Origin: Terrimicrobiaceae bacterium
GTDB lineage: Bacteria > Verrucomicrobiota > Verrucomicrobiia > Chthoniobacterales > Terrimicrobiaceae
Length of the DNA stretch: 29,340 nt
Assembly: GCA_044342325.1 (NCBI GenBank)
Contig: JBIIPZ010000036.1
Location: 1-29,340 of the forward strand
Direction of reading: 5' to 3'
The position numbers and the translations under genes are program-made. Shown in pieces: positions 19,442-29,124 of this stretch; within the stretch, counting starts at the first letter, position 1; every line of letters starts with the position of its first letter. The notes beneath the pieces are model-generated. The model was not told the DNA's origin. It saw nothing but the letters and a program-made list of their open reading frames with translations, and did no database searches.

Positions 19442-20614
19442 TCAACTTTGGAGCGGCGTCCAGCGGGCGTTGCCTTGGGAACTCTCGACGACCGCCTCGA
19501 TGAAGGCCATTCCGCGAATGCCGTCTTCGATGCCGGGGTAGTCGAGCGAGACTGGATCGGGAGTGGTTCCGTCAATGACGCTGGCGAGGTGGTTGGCGAA
19601 ATTGCGGTAAATGTTGGCGAAGGCTTCCAAGTAACCCTCGGGGTGTGCGGGAGGGGTTCTGGTGGCTGAGGCAGCAGCTTTGCCAAGATAGCCCATGCCG
19701 GTGCGGAGGATTTCCACGGGCCGGTCGGGCCATTTCAGCAGGAGGGTGTTCGGCTCGCGTTGGTGCCACTCCAATCCACCGGTCTCGCCGTAGATGCGGA
19801 TATTGAGGTTGTTCTCCTCGCCCACGGAAATCTGGGAGGCGTGCAGGATTCCCTTGGCGCCGCCCTCGAAGCGAAGAAGCACATTGGCGTCGTCGTCGAG
19901 GAGGCGTCCCTCGACAAAAGCCGTGATGTCGGCCGCGAGTTCCTTGATGCGCAGGCCGGTGATGTATTCGGCCAGATTTTCGGCGTGGGTGCCGATGTCC
20001 CCTATGCAGCCGGCGGCGCCGGAGCGCTTGGGATCGGTGCGCCAGGCGGCTTGTTTTTGCCCGGATTCCTCGATGCGCGTGGCCAGCCAGCCTTGCGGAT
20101 ACTCCACGACGACCTTGCGGAGTTTGCCGAGGCGTCCGGAGCGGACGATTTCGCGGGCCTCCTTGACGAGCGGGTAACCGGTGTAGTTGTGCGTGAGCCC
20201 GTAGAGCAGGCCGGTGCGGGAAATGATGTCCCTCAACTCCAGCGCTTCCGCGAGATTGAATGTGGCGGGCTTGTCGGAAAGAACCGCGAATCCATGCTCC
20301 AGAGCCGATTTGGCAGCGGGGAAATGAACATGATTCGGCGTGACGATGGAGACGAAATCCAGGCGCTCACCAATCGGCAGCGCGGCTTCGGATTTCATCA
20401 TCTCCTCAAACGAACCGTAGCAGCGCGAGGCGGGAAGATAGAAGTCGGCCCCGGAGTCCCGCGAACGCTGCGGGTCGCTGCTGAAGGCTCCGCAGACGAG
20501 TTCGATGCGGCCGTCCATGGCGGCGGCGATGCGGTGAATGGCTCCGATAAAGGCGCCACGGCCTCCACCGACCATTCCCATGCGGATTTTGCGTTTGGAT
20601 GCAGGCGTATTCAT
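19442..20614 (-). CDS. Gfo/Idh/MocA NAD(P)-dependent sugar oxidoreductase
   Basis: Motifs GMVGGGRGAFIG, IVTPNHVH, SDKP and GDIGTH. TAATG overlap with the upstream gene. Confidence 0.92.
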   Translation of the reverse strand: MNTPASKRKIRMGMVGGGRGAFIGAIHRIAAAMDGRIELVCGAFSSDPQRSRDSGADFYLPASRCYGSFEEMMKSEAALPIGERLDFVSIVTPNHVHFPAAKSALEHGFAVLSDKPATFNLAEALELRDIISRTGLLYGLTHNYTGYPLVKEAREIVRSGRLGKLRKVVVEYPQGWLATRIEESGQKQAAWRTDPKRSGAAGCIGDIGTHAENLAEYITGLRIKELAADITAFVEGRLLDDDANVLLRFEGGAKGILHASQISVGEENNLNIRIYGETGGLEWHQREPNTLLLKWPDRPVEILRTGMGYLGKAAASATRTPPAHPEGYLEAFANIYRNFANHLASVIDGTTPDPVSLDYPGIEDGIRGMAFIEAVVESSQGNARWTPLQS

Positions 20615-21651
20615 TATGATTTTTTTTCAAAGGCTGCATCGAAGGCGACTGCGCTGGGTGCGAAATCGAGTTTTTTCACAAACGCAGCGGCCTCGGTGGC
20701 GCCATGAATGCGATCCATGCGGATGTCCTCCCATTCCACGGAGAGCGGGCCGCTGTATCGGATGTCGTTGAGGGCGACGATGACATCCTCGAAGCGGATA
20801 TCGCCGCGACCGGGCGAACGGAAGTCCCACGCGCGGCGCGCATCGCCAAAGTTTGTGTGTCCGCCGAAAACGCCGACCGATCCATCGCCGTGACCCCACC
20901 AGGCATCTTTGACATGGACATGAAAAATCCTCTCCGCAAACCGGCGGATGAATTGCACATAGTCCACGCCTTGATAGCCGAGGTGCGAGGGATCGTAGTT
21001 GAAGCCGAAGCGAGGATGGTTCCCCACAGCCGCCAAGGCGCGTTCGGCGGAGGCCGTGTCAAACGCGATCTCGGTGGGATGCACCTCGAGCGCAAAATCG
21101 ACATCCTCCTTGGCGAAGGCATCGAGAATGGGTGTCCAGCGTTTGGCGAAATCTTGAAATCCCTTATCCCAGTATTCCTGCGAGGTCGGCGGGAAAGCGT
21201 AAATGGAATGCCACACCGAGGAACCAGTGAATCCATTCACAACAACGCGGTGAGGGTTTTTCTGAAAGCCGGGTTTGTCATTGAAAAAAGCCCGCGCGGC
21301 CTTTGCGGTGAGAATCATTTTTTCCGCAGCCCGTTGGCGAACTCCTTCTGGCTCGCCATTGCCCCAGACATCCGGCGGCAGGATCGACTTGTGCCGTTCA
21401 TCGATGAGATCGCAAACGGCTTGGCCAACGAGGTGGTTCGAGATGGCAAAACAGGTGAGCTGGTTCTCTGTGAGAATTTCCCAAAGGCGCTGGCGGTATG
21501 CGGAGGAAGAGGCGGCTGCCTCGACATCGAAGTGGTCGCCCCAGCAGGCGAGTTCGAGTCCCTCGTAGCCCATCTGGCGGGCCATCGGAGCGAGTTTTTC
21601 AATAGGCAAATCGGCCCATTGACCGGTGAATAATGTGAGGGAGCGAGGCAT
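20614..21651 (-). CDS. Xylose-isomerase-like TIM barrel (sugar phosphate isomerase/epimerase family)
   Basis: FTGQWADL, with metal ligands in ALEVHP, NYDPSHL, HVHVKD and LSVEWED. Confidence 0.9.
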   Translation of the reverse strand: MPRSLTLFTGQWADLPIEKLAPMARQMGYEGLELACWGDHFDVEAAASSSAYRQRLWEILTENQLTCFAISNHLVGQAVCDLIDERHKSILPPDVWGNGEPEGVRQRAAEKMILTAKAARAFFNDKPGFQKNPHRVVVNGFTGSSVWHSIYAFPPTSQEYWDKGFQDFAKRWTPILDAFAKEDVDFALEVHPTEIAFDTASAERALAAVGNHPRFGFNYDPSHLGYQGVDYVQFIRRFAERIFHVHVKDAWWGHGDGSVGVFGGHTNFGDARRAWDFRSPGRGDIRFEDVIVALNDIRYSGPLSVEWEDIRMDRIHGATEAAAFVKKLDFAPSAVAFDAAFEKKS

Positions 21652-21683
21652 AGGTTTGGTTTTAGTTTATGGTTTCAAAAGGA

Positions 21684-22763
21684 TCAACTGTTCTCGCTCG
21701 CCGCCTTGCAAGGGGCTCCCGCGGGATGAGCGTTTGGTCGTTTGTCCAGTGTTTCGCCCTCAAACACGACGCCGACAGCTTTGCGCCAACGGTCGAGTGT
21801 GAGTTGCTGACCCAGACTGTCGGCCCAGGTCATCGCTGGCGCGTAGGCTTCAAGACGCCCTTCGCGAACGCAGTGGCCGAGCATGTCGACTTCGTGCGTG
21901 TAGAGGGATTTGAGACTGCTGTGAGCGACCTGACGCTGTTCTTCGCCAATCTGGATAATCGCCTTGCCATCAGCAAACCACGGGCTCGGAATGATCATGT
22001 TGCCCTTGGATCCATAGATGCGAATCTGGTTGTGCTGGCTGAGTTGCACGCCACAGGAAAGATTGGCGAGAATATCACCCGGAAATCTCATTGTGGCGGC
22101 AGCCCATTCATCGACGCCGGTCTCTCCGACATGGCCGTAGCCTTGCATGTCGATCGGTTCGGCAAAATCTTGCCCCTGTGCGTTGCCGGCAATGGCACGC
22201 GCCGCGCTGACTGTGTAGCAACCGACATCCATGATGCCGCCGCCGCCGAGTTTGTTGATCATGCGGGTGCCGGTCGGGTTGCCATTCATGTTGAAACTAA
22301 ATTGCGCCTCAATGAGTCGCACATCGCCGATGGCGCCCTCGCGGATCAGCTTGAGCCATTCGGCCGTGCCGGGGTGGCAGCGCCACATGAATGCTTCCAT
22401 GAGAAACACTTTGTTGGCGCGGCAAGCTTCGAGCATGAGCAGCACCTCGGCGTGGTTCATCGCGAGGGGTTTTTCGCAGAGGATGTGCTTGCCCGCCTCC
22501 GCAGCCTGAACGGTCAACTCACAATGCCGGTCGTTCATCAACGCGACATACACCGCGTTGATCTCTTCGTCGGCTAACATCGCGGCATAAGAAGGGTAAC
22601 ACTTGGCTTTCGGCAGTTTGTATTTCTCGCCCCACTTATTCGACGACTCCTGCGTGCGGCTACTGACCGCATTGAGTTCCCCCGTTTCCGACTCCGCCAA
22701 CCCTTTGACCAATGCGTGAGTGATAACGCCAGATCCAATGATGCCCCATTTGAGTTTCTTCAT
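21684..22763 (-). CDS. Gfo/Idh/MocA oxidoreductase (Tyr-type active-site motif)
   Basis: Motifs KWGIIGSG, GKHILCEKP, LMEAFMWR and GGGGIMDVGCY. Confidence 0.92.
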   Translation of the reverse strand: MKKLKWGIIGSGVITHALVKGLAESETGELNAVSSRTQESSNKWGEKYKLPKAKCYPSYAAMLADEEINAVYVALMNDRHCELTVQAAEAGKHILCEKPLAMNHAEVLLMLEACRANKVFLMEAFMWRCHPGTAEWLKLIREGAIGDVRLIEAQFSFNMNGNPTGTRMINKLGGGGIMDVGCYTVSAARAIAGNAQGQDFAEPIDMQGYGHVGETGVDEWAAATMRFPGDILANLSCGVQLSQHNQIRIYGSKGNMIIPSPWFADGKAIIQIGEEQRQVAHSSLKSLYTHEVDMLGHCVREGRLEAYAPAMTWADSLGQQLTLDRWRKAVGVVFEGETLDKRPNAHPAGAPCKAASENS

Positions 22764-22793
22764 GAGTGCAGGGTCGTGGGCTTTGCTATGGCT

Positions 22794-23561
22794 TCACTCG
22801 CACAAGCCTTTGAGATAATCCAAGCTGCGCGCGATGCATTCGAAGGGATCGGTGGGGCAGGTGTCCTGCTCGACAATAAACCACTTGCACCCGGCGGCCT
22901 CGGCTGCGGCGAGGATTTCCGGGATGTTCAGATTCCCATGGCCGACCTCCGCAAACTGGCGTTCGCCTTGCGCCGTTACGGTGTAGTCCTTCACATGCAG
23001 CAGTGGCAGGCGACCAGCAAGGCGGCGGCAGGTTTCTGCTGGATCGCCGCCTCCCGCCTGAACCCAATGAATGTCGAGTTCGGCTTGAAGATGCTCCGGC
23101 GAGGTGCGGGCGAAAAGATCATCCAGCACGGTGCGGTCATTGCGTTGGAAAAATTCGTGGGCATGGTTGTGATAACACAGCGTCATTCCTGCACGGCGCA
23201 ACACAGCGCCTGCGGCGTCGAGTCCGGCAATCAGATCTTCCACCTGCTTGATGTTCGAGAAATCGATACCATCGGGCCATGGATAGGCTGCATGGGTGAT
23301 TCCAAGTTCCCCCAAGCGATCCACCACCTGTTGTGGGTTCTGCAGAATCATTTGGGGCGACTCATGGCTGGAACAAATTTGCAAACCGGCACCGCGAACG
23401 ATTTTTCCTGCTTCTGCGGGGGGCAGACCTGCGGTTCCAGCAAGCTCGACGGCATGGAAGCCGATTTCGCGCGCCCGGCGCAGCGTGGCTGCAAAATCGG
23501 CAGGAGTCGCGGTGAAGTCTCTCAGCGTGTAGAGCTGAATGGCGATTTGTTCGGTTTTCAT
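22794..23561 (-). CDS. Xylose-isomerase-like TIM barrel (sugar phosphate isomerase/epimerase family)
   Basis: Motifs IQLYTLRD, YHNHAHEF, ELDIHW, LLHVKD, EVGHG and IVEQD. Confidence 0.9.
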   Translation of the reverse strand: MKTEQIAIQLYTLRDFTATPADFAATLRRAREIGFHAVELAGTAGLPPAEAGKIVRGAGLQICSSHESPQMILQNPQQVVDRLGELGITHAAYPWPDGIDFSNIKQVEDLIAGLDAAGAVLRRAGMTLCYHNHAHEFFQRNDRTVLDDLFARTSPEHLQAELDIHWVQAGGGDPAETCRRLAGRLPLLHVKDYTVTAQGERQFAEVGHGNLNIPEILAAAEAAGCKWFIVEQDTCPTDPFECIARSLDYLKGLCE

Positions 23562-23571
23562 GATAGGTTAA

Positions 23572-24630
23572 TCAGCAGTATTTGGTAGCCAGTGTGCGGC
23601 CTTTTTTGGCGCTCTGCGCCGCGAGGTCGAGGATGTGGATGGGGCGGCGCGACCACTCGGGTGTGATGACGAGCTTGGTTCCCTTGGTGAGGTGATCGGC
23701 GATATTGCCATAAAACTTCTCCCAAGCGTTTGGATAATGAGGGCCTTGCTCGAGGGAATAATTCTGCCCCTCGCGCTTGTGGATCGTATATCCGCTCCAG
23801 TCGATGACATAACTTCCCTCCGTGCCTGTGATCTCAAGAAAGCCGGGCTTAGCATTCGAGTCGAGCGAGGTGATATTGAGCGTCAACCACGATCCATTGC
23901 GGAACCGCACGACCGCCTCGGCTTCGTCTTCGTTGGTGTCTTTCTTCCATTTGGTCTTGGGAGCCCAATACCCGGTCTTAGAAAAACCGGCGACTTCCGT
24001 GATGTCGGAGTCGATCAGTTGGAGGCCGTATTCCAGAAGATGAACGCCCCAATCATAAAGGATACCGCCGGAGATGGTCCGACTGGTGCGCCACCAATCG
24101 CCAGGCAGGGCGCGGGCGCCCATACGGGCTTCCACCCGGTAAATGTCCCCGATGACTTTCTTTTCCTTGATTTGCTCCACAGCGCGCAGGATCCATCCAT
24201 CCCAGTGCCGGTTGTGGTAGGTTGAAAGCACCACGCCTGACTTCTTGGCAGCGGCGATCATGGCGTCGCACTCGGCGGTGGTAATGGCCAGCGGCTTCTC
24301 GCAAACAACATGGCGGCCGGCCTTGAGGCATTGCAGCGCGAGCTTCGCGTGTGTGTTGTGCGGCGTGATGATCGTGACGAGGTTGACATCCGACTTGCGG
24401 AGCATTTCGGCGACCGTGGAGTAAGTCTGAATGCCGGGAAAATCGGTCTCAGCGACTTTCAACCGTTCGGCATCGACCTCGCAGACGGCCACCGGCGTCA
24501 TGCCGGCCTGTTCCATTTCCTTTAGGTGACCGCGCCCCATGTTGAAGGCACCGCCGTAGCCGATGACTCCGACGCGGATGTCTGATGCGTTTTTGTATTT
24601 TTTTATGATGTGCTGTTTGTTGGAAATCAA
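23572..24630 (-). CDS. Gfo/Idh/MocA oxidoreductase
   Basis: Motifs VGVIGYG, ITPHNTH, CEKP, HNRHWD and GGILYDWGVH. Probable TTG start overlapping the ThuA-gene stop (TTGA), so the start is uncertain. Confidence 0.9.
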   Translation of the reverse strand: MISNKQHIIKKYKNASDIRVGVIGYGGAFNMGRGHLKEMEQAGMTPVAVCEVDAERLKVAETDFPGIQTYSTVAEMLRKSDVNLVTIITPHNTHAKLALQCLKAGRHVVCEKPLAITTAECDAMIAAAKKSGVVLSTYHNRHWDGWILRAVEQIKEKKVIGDIYRVEARMGARALPGDWWRTSRTISGGILYDWGVHLLEYGLQLIDSDITEVAGFSKTGYWAPKTKWKKDTNEDEAEAVVRFRNGSWLTLNITSLDSNAKPGFLEITGTEGSYVIDWSGYTIHKREGQNYSLEQGPHYPNAWEKFYGNIADHLTKGTKLVITPEWSRRPIHILDLAAQSAKKGRTLATKYC

Positions 24631-25274
24631 AGCGCGTTTGCAGCCCAGAGGATGCCGTTGAGGGACATTTGAAAAACCTGCGGATAGCTATCGAATTCGG
24701 CGGGATCGTGTCCAAGTGCGGAGTAGAAAACGCGACCCTTGCCCCAATGTTTTGTCCACACGACGGGCATCGTGCAGGTGCGTTCCTCAAAGGTGTAGTC
24801 CGCCTCGGCCAGCACTCGAACACCCGGATCCATGAGCATGTAGTATTGCTCGGACTTGTAGGAAAATTCCGCCGGCAAGCCCTGCATGATCGAATCCTCA
24901 GGGCTTGTGACCCTGACCGTGTAATCGCCCACATGGGGATGGCCGACAAAATGCCCGCCTGCCATCCATTCATAATCGAGATCGCCACGGAAGGCATCGC
25001 CCATTCCACCATGAATCCCGCCGAGTCCCACTCCTCCATGCACCGCCCCGCGGAGGCCAGCGCTCTCTTCAGGGGAAAGCGTGCCCATCGTCCAGCAGGG
25101 AGAGATCACATCGAATGTCTTGAGCCAGTCCGTGTCGGCAATGCGTTCCAGGCTGGTGATTGTCTCCGTTTTGCACCCGTGCCCGATTAGCGCAGCGGTA
25201 AACTTATGGACGATCTGTTCAGGCTTGTGGCCGTCCCATCCGCCTTGGAGGAATAAAATATTTGGCGTTTTCAT
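24627..25274 (-). CDS. ThuA-like domain protein (class I GATase-like fold)
   Basis: Motifs GGWDGH, GVGLGGIHGG, GGHFVGHP, SEQYY and PVVWTKHWGKGRVFYSALGH. Confidence 0.9.
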   Translation of the reverse strand: MKTPNILFLQGGWDGHKPEQIVHKFTAALIGHGCKTETITSLERIADTDWLKTFDVISPCWTMGTLSPEESAGLRGAVHGGVGLGGIHGGMGDAFRGDLDYEWMAGGHFVGHPHVGDYTVRVTSPEDSIMQGLPAEFSYKSEQYYMLMDPGVRVLAEADYTFEERTCTMPVVWTKHWGKGRVFYSALGHDPAEFDSYPQVFQMSLNGILWAANAL

Positions 25275-25315
25275 TCGTGCTCGTAACTATATCGCAGTTT
25301 CCACTCTGCCTCACC

Positions 25316-26161
25316 ATGGACATTCATTTCAAAAACCTGTCTTTTCCGGTCAACTTCTGGATTGCCCATGAAGATTCGCTTCGCTCCCTACTTCCGCTGC
25401 GCCATATTGGGTTTATTGACCGCAAGACCGGTTGGGTGCGCAGCCAGTTCGACACGGCAAACTTCTCTCTCATCCTGAATGGTGGTGGCGAGTTTCACAG
25501 GAAGGGGCGCTGCTGGAAGGTTGAGGCCCCGTGCGTTATCACACAGTTGGATGGCGATTATCTCGAATACGGCCCCTCCGAGCCTCATGAATTCTGGACC
25601 GAGCTTTACCTCGTCTATTCCCTCGAGCTGATGCCGAGATTTGTGCAATGCGGATTTGTGGACGATTCGCGACCGGTGTGGCCGATATCCAATCCCACTG
25701 CGCTCAGACCGCTCCTTGAAGAGTTGGCACGATGTCTCGCCACCAAGGAGAAATCCGCACGCATCGACCGCATTGCCGAACGAATCATTCTCGAAACCCT
25801 TGTCCCTCCACATGTGCCCGCCAATACGCGTATTTTAAAAGCATCGGAAGCGATTCAGAATAATTGGCAATCACCCCCCGACCTGGAGGCCCTCGCTCGC
25901 AGATGCAACATGTCGGTTTCCACCTTCCAACGCCGTTGGAACGAGTCCATGGGAATCACCCCGGCGCGTTACGCCCTAGGATTAAAACTTCAGGAAGCCT
26001 GCCGACTTTTGATCGAAACCAGCGACTCCATTTCAGAAATCGCCAACGCCTGCGGATTTGATGACGAGTTTTATTTCTCCCGCTGTTTCCGCCGGCAATT
26101 CGGAAGCCCCCCGCGCAACTACCGCAAGGAACACCTCATCCGCAGCGGGAGGGCGCGCTAA
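25316..26161 (+). CDS. AraC-family transcriptional regulator
   Basis: C-terminal LEALARRCNMSVSTFQR and ISEIANACGFDDEFYFSRCFRRQFGSPP. Start at ATG 25316, because the upstream TTG would overlap the divergent gene. Confidence 0.92.
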   Translation: MDIHFKNLSFPVNFWIAHEDSLRSLLPLRHIGFIDRKTGWVRSQFDTANFSLILNGGGEFHRKGRCWKVEAPCVITQLDGDYLEYGPSEPHEFWTELYLVYSLELMPRFVQCGFVDDSRPVWPISNPTALRPLLEELARCLATKEKSARIDRIAERIILETLVPPHVPANTRILKASEAIQNNWQSPPDLEALARRCNMSVSTFQRRWNESMGITPARYALGLKLQEACRLLIETSDSISEIANACGFDDEFYFSRCFRRQFGSPPRNYRKEHLIRSGRAR

Positions 26162-26298
26162 CGGCACCTAAAGCTTAACGGCCTGTCCGAGTTTTTCGGA
26201 TTCCAAGCATGCGTCCAGTCTTTCGAAAAGGCCGGGAGCGTCCGTGAGTGGAGGTTCCGTGACCGGATTGGACGCGGTTGCCAGCAGGAAATCCTGGA

Positions 26299-27507
26299 TT
26301 AGTATGCCCGATCAAGGACCTCGTCACTCCCGAAGACCGAGGCAACGCGTTTCCATTGTGGGCGCATGTCGATGACCGCACCTTTATCCATCGCCTTGTC
26401 CATGGCGTTGGCGACGACAAGCGATCTTATTCCTTCCGTGAATCCCGCTGCGGGGGCGCGGCTTTCCGCCAAAACCTCCGCGAGTTCCTTGGCCATCAGT
26501 TCATCGCCCCCGGCATGTCCGGAGCCGGCGATTGTCTTGTGGAGGGAAATCGTTTTCTCCCAGCCGATCCGCCCGACTTCCAGTTCGCCGCTGTAGGCGT
26601 CAAGGCGCATGGATCCCTCCGTGCCACAAAAATAGAAGCGCCTTTCGGGTAAGCCCGCGTTGCACTGGGTGTGGAATGTCCCCTTGATCCCGGAAGCAAA
26701 GTCGAGGATGGCCACCTGATGATCCACGATCGACTTGTCGTCGCTGAAAGGATCTACGCCGTGCGGGTCGGGCCAGGCGCTGTAGGCAGTGGCGCCGTTC
26801 GGAGAATTGCCGATCCTTGCAACATGACATGAGTTCTCCGGTTTGAAAAAACTGCGCCCCCCGAAGCTGGCGACACGGGTCGGAAGATTCCCCGTAAGCC
26901 ACAATGCGAGATCGATGTCATGACAGCACTTTTCCAGAAGATGGGTGCCTGCCAACTCGCGGTGACGCCTCCAATTGCCGTGAATATATCCCCCATGATT
27001 GAAATCGAGCGTCTCGTTGAACTCGAAGGAAAGGATCTCCCCGATGCGTCCTTCCTCCAAAAAATTCCGGGCCATGCGGTAAAGAGGGGAATAGCGCAGA
27101 ACAAGTCCCAGGGCGAAGGTGCGGCCGCTTGCCTTCCATGCTTCGTGCATCTCCTCCGCCTCGTCGAGCGACAGGGAGAGGGGCTTTTCACAGAAGACAT
27201 TCTTGCCGGCCCTGAATGCAGTGATGGTCTGGGCGGCGTGGTGACAGTTGAACGATCCTATAAAGACCCAGTCGACATCCTCCCGAGCGCATAGCTCGTC
27301 AACCGAATCACACACGACCGCCCCGGGGGCCACCTCCTGGCGAAACCGATCCAGAGCGACCTCATCGGGATCGCAGATCGCAGTCACTATGCTCGAAGGC
27401 GACTCCCCAAGGAGGCTCGTGATGAGATGTTGAATCCGGGCCCCGCTGCCGATCACGCCGATGCGGGTGGGCGCTGAACTTGTGGAGGATGAAGTGGTGT
27501 TGCTCAT
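26299..27507 (-). CDS. Gfo/Idh/MocA oxidoreductase
   Basis: Motifs IGVIGSG, GKNVFCEKP, LVLRYSPLY, LEKCCHDID and GHAGGD. Confidence 0.92.
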   Translation of the reverse strand: MSNTTSSSTSSAPTRIGVIGSGARIQHLITSLLGESPSSIVTAICDPDEVALDRFRQEVAPGAVVCDSVDELCAREDVDWVFIGSFNCHHAAQTITAFRAGKNVFCEKPLSLSLDEAEEMHEAWKASGRTFALGLVLRYSPLYRMARNFLEEGRIGEILSFEFNETLDFNHGGYIHGNWRRHRELAGTHLLEKCCHDIDLALWLTGNLPTRVASFGGRSFFKPENSCHVARIGNSPNGATAYSAWPDPHGVDPFSDDKSIVDHQVAILDFASGIKGTFHTQCNAGLPERRFYFCGTEGSMRLDAYSGELEVGRIGWEKTISLHKTIAGSGHAGGDELMAKELAEVLAESRAPAAGFTEGIRSLVVANAMDKAMDKGAVIDMRPQWKRVASVFGSDEVLDRAY

Positions 27508-27582
27508 GGGGAGTCAAGCTAGCTGCCCTGGAACCTCTCTTGCCATAGCCACAGCGATGAGTTATTTGTCATTTCCGATGAA

Positions 27583-28407
27583 ATGAATAATCAGAATCTT
27601 ATCGAGATGCTTCATGAAATCGGGGAGCCGAGCGACTACTTCGAGGGTGTCCACCGGCCGCGAGAAATGCTCCCGGACAATATTCTGGTCTTCTCACGCA
27701 GCGACGGAGCAAGCCTTTCCTCCGGAATAATACCGCCCGATCTACACCAGCGTTGGGTTCTCATCATTTCCCTGCTTGGTCGCGGCAACGTTAAGATCGA
27801 CTGCTCGTGCGAATCACTCGGCCCGGCTGAAATCCTGCTTATTCCTCCCCTGCATCTTCATTCCTACGCAAAGATTGCAAAAAGGCTGAACTGGGTTTTC
27901 GTCACCTTCGACTGGCCACAACATACGGTTTCCAGCGAGGCCTGGAGGGGAATCCGTCGTCTCGGCCCCGATGCGCGGAGCCTTCTTTCATCTTTCATTC
28001 AGGAATGGATCCGACCGGCGCGGGACGGGCTTCTGCTTTCCTCGCGCCTCTATCGGCTGCTGAGGGCACTTTATCCTCTTCATGAGACCCAGGAGGCCGA
28101 CCACCGGGGGAACCTTATTGGGTCTGTTCACGCACTACAGTTGCACCACCCCGGCATCAGGCTTGAGGAACTAGCCCGAAAACTCTCCATGAGTGAAAGC
28201 CACCTGCGATCCCGCTTTAGGGAGGAAACGGGATTGAGCATCGGCCGCTATTTGCGTGAAACGCGCCTGCGCCGTGCGGCGAACTGGATCAAAGAGGAAG
28301 GACTTAGCGTGAAGTGCGTTTCGGAGCGGGCAGGATACCCGGATATCCATACATTCAGCCGCTCGTTCAGTCGACTTTTCGGCCACCCCCCTTCAACGAT
28401 GCGGTAA
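27583..28407 (+). CDS. AraC-family transcriptional regulator (cupin sensor)
   Basis: Cupin-like HQRWVL..LLIPPLHLHSY, with HTH LEELARKLSMSESHLRSRF and AGYPDIHTFSRSF. Confidence 0.92.
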   Translation: MNNQNLIEMLHEIGEPSDYFEGVHRPREMLPDNILVFSRSDGASLSSGIIPPDLHQRWVLIISLLGRGNVKIDCSCESLGPAEILLIPPLHLHSYAKIAKRLNWVFVTFDWPQHTVSSEAWRGIRRLGPDARSLLSSFIQEWIRPARDGLLLSSRLYRLLRALYPLHETQEADHRGNLIGSVHALQLHHPGIRLEELARKLSMSESHLRSRFREETGLSIGRYLRETRLRRAANWIKEEGLSVKCVSERAGYPDIHTFSRSFSRLFGHPPSTMR

Positions 28408-28570
28408 AAGTCCTGTGCTTTCTCCAACATTCCATTTCCCATACAAAAATGACTGGAGGCGATCCTGTTGCTCGTCACGATAATCACGACGAAATTTTAA
28501 AATGTGCCAATGCGCGGACCTGATTCTTGTTCCGGCGATCAGGTTTCAATCCATCTTCTCAGAAACCTAA

Positions 28571-29040
28571 CCCAAGTTTAGCATGGGTGACCGGAAACCC
28601 GCATAAAACCTAGGAGGTCGTTCCAAAGGCACTACAATCTCTTCACGCTTGGATTTCGGTTTTTTGGGTTAGGAAGGCGGATTTCCAGTCGATACCGAGC
28701 ATTTGATAGACGCGTTTTTGTGCGTCGTCAGGTTGGCTGGACTTGCGGATGTCGAGGAGTTCAGGAAGAGCGGTGCGGTAGGACCAATCGATCAAAGCCC
28801 ATTCGCTCAGAGGCTCGATGAGGAAGTTGGAAACCATGAGCTGGGCTGTGGCAATGGCGCTGGGGTTCATGCCGAGGGTCTCGAGCATGGGTGTGAAACG
28901 CAGATCCTCCCAAGCTTTGAGGGCGAAGAGTTCGGGCCTGAGTTCCACGACATCGGTGGTCTCGATGGAATCGAGAATAACGCCATCGATAGTGGCTTGG
29001 CGGCTTGAGAGCGTCCTGCGATCTGAACGATGCGATGAGT
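28571..29040 (-). mobile_element. Degraded IS1634-like element: transposase remnant with internal deletion and frameshift
   Basis: An N-proximal transposase-like segment (DGVILDSIET..ALKAW..LIEPLSEWALIDW..TALPELL) is joined directly to a C-terminal-like segment (RKSSQPDDAQKRVYQMLGIDW). Downstream are TGTAGTGCC and a terminus ...CTAAACTTGGG|TTAG. Family assigned from recalled motifs. The left boundary is approximate. Confidence 0.68.
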
Positions 29041-29124
29041 GAATACTAATCTGTCTTTTTCGTAGGCCTAGTTTGAAAAAATATCCTTCTATCTCAGATC
29101 TTGGATTTCAACTTGGAAAAATAT

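Noticed and set aside
26162..26298. Inverted repeats between the convergent araC and gfo genes (CGTCCAGTC/GATTGGACG, TCCGA/TCGGA)
   Set aside because: Short and imperfect with no U tract, so insufficient for a terminator or MITE call.
19442..27507. Assigning iolG/iolE or other specific gene names to the sugar cluster
   Set aside because: Only family-level motifs are visible and no iolB/C/D genes are present in the window.
28518..28546. ACCTGAT-N13-ATCAGGT hairpin as araC terminator
   Set aside because: Large loop, weak T run and 110 nt from the stop codon.
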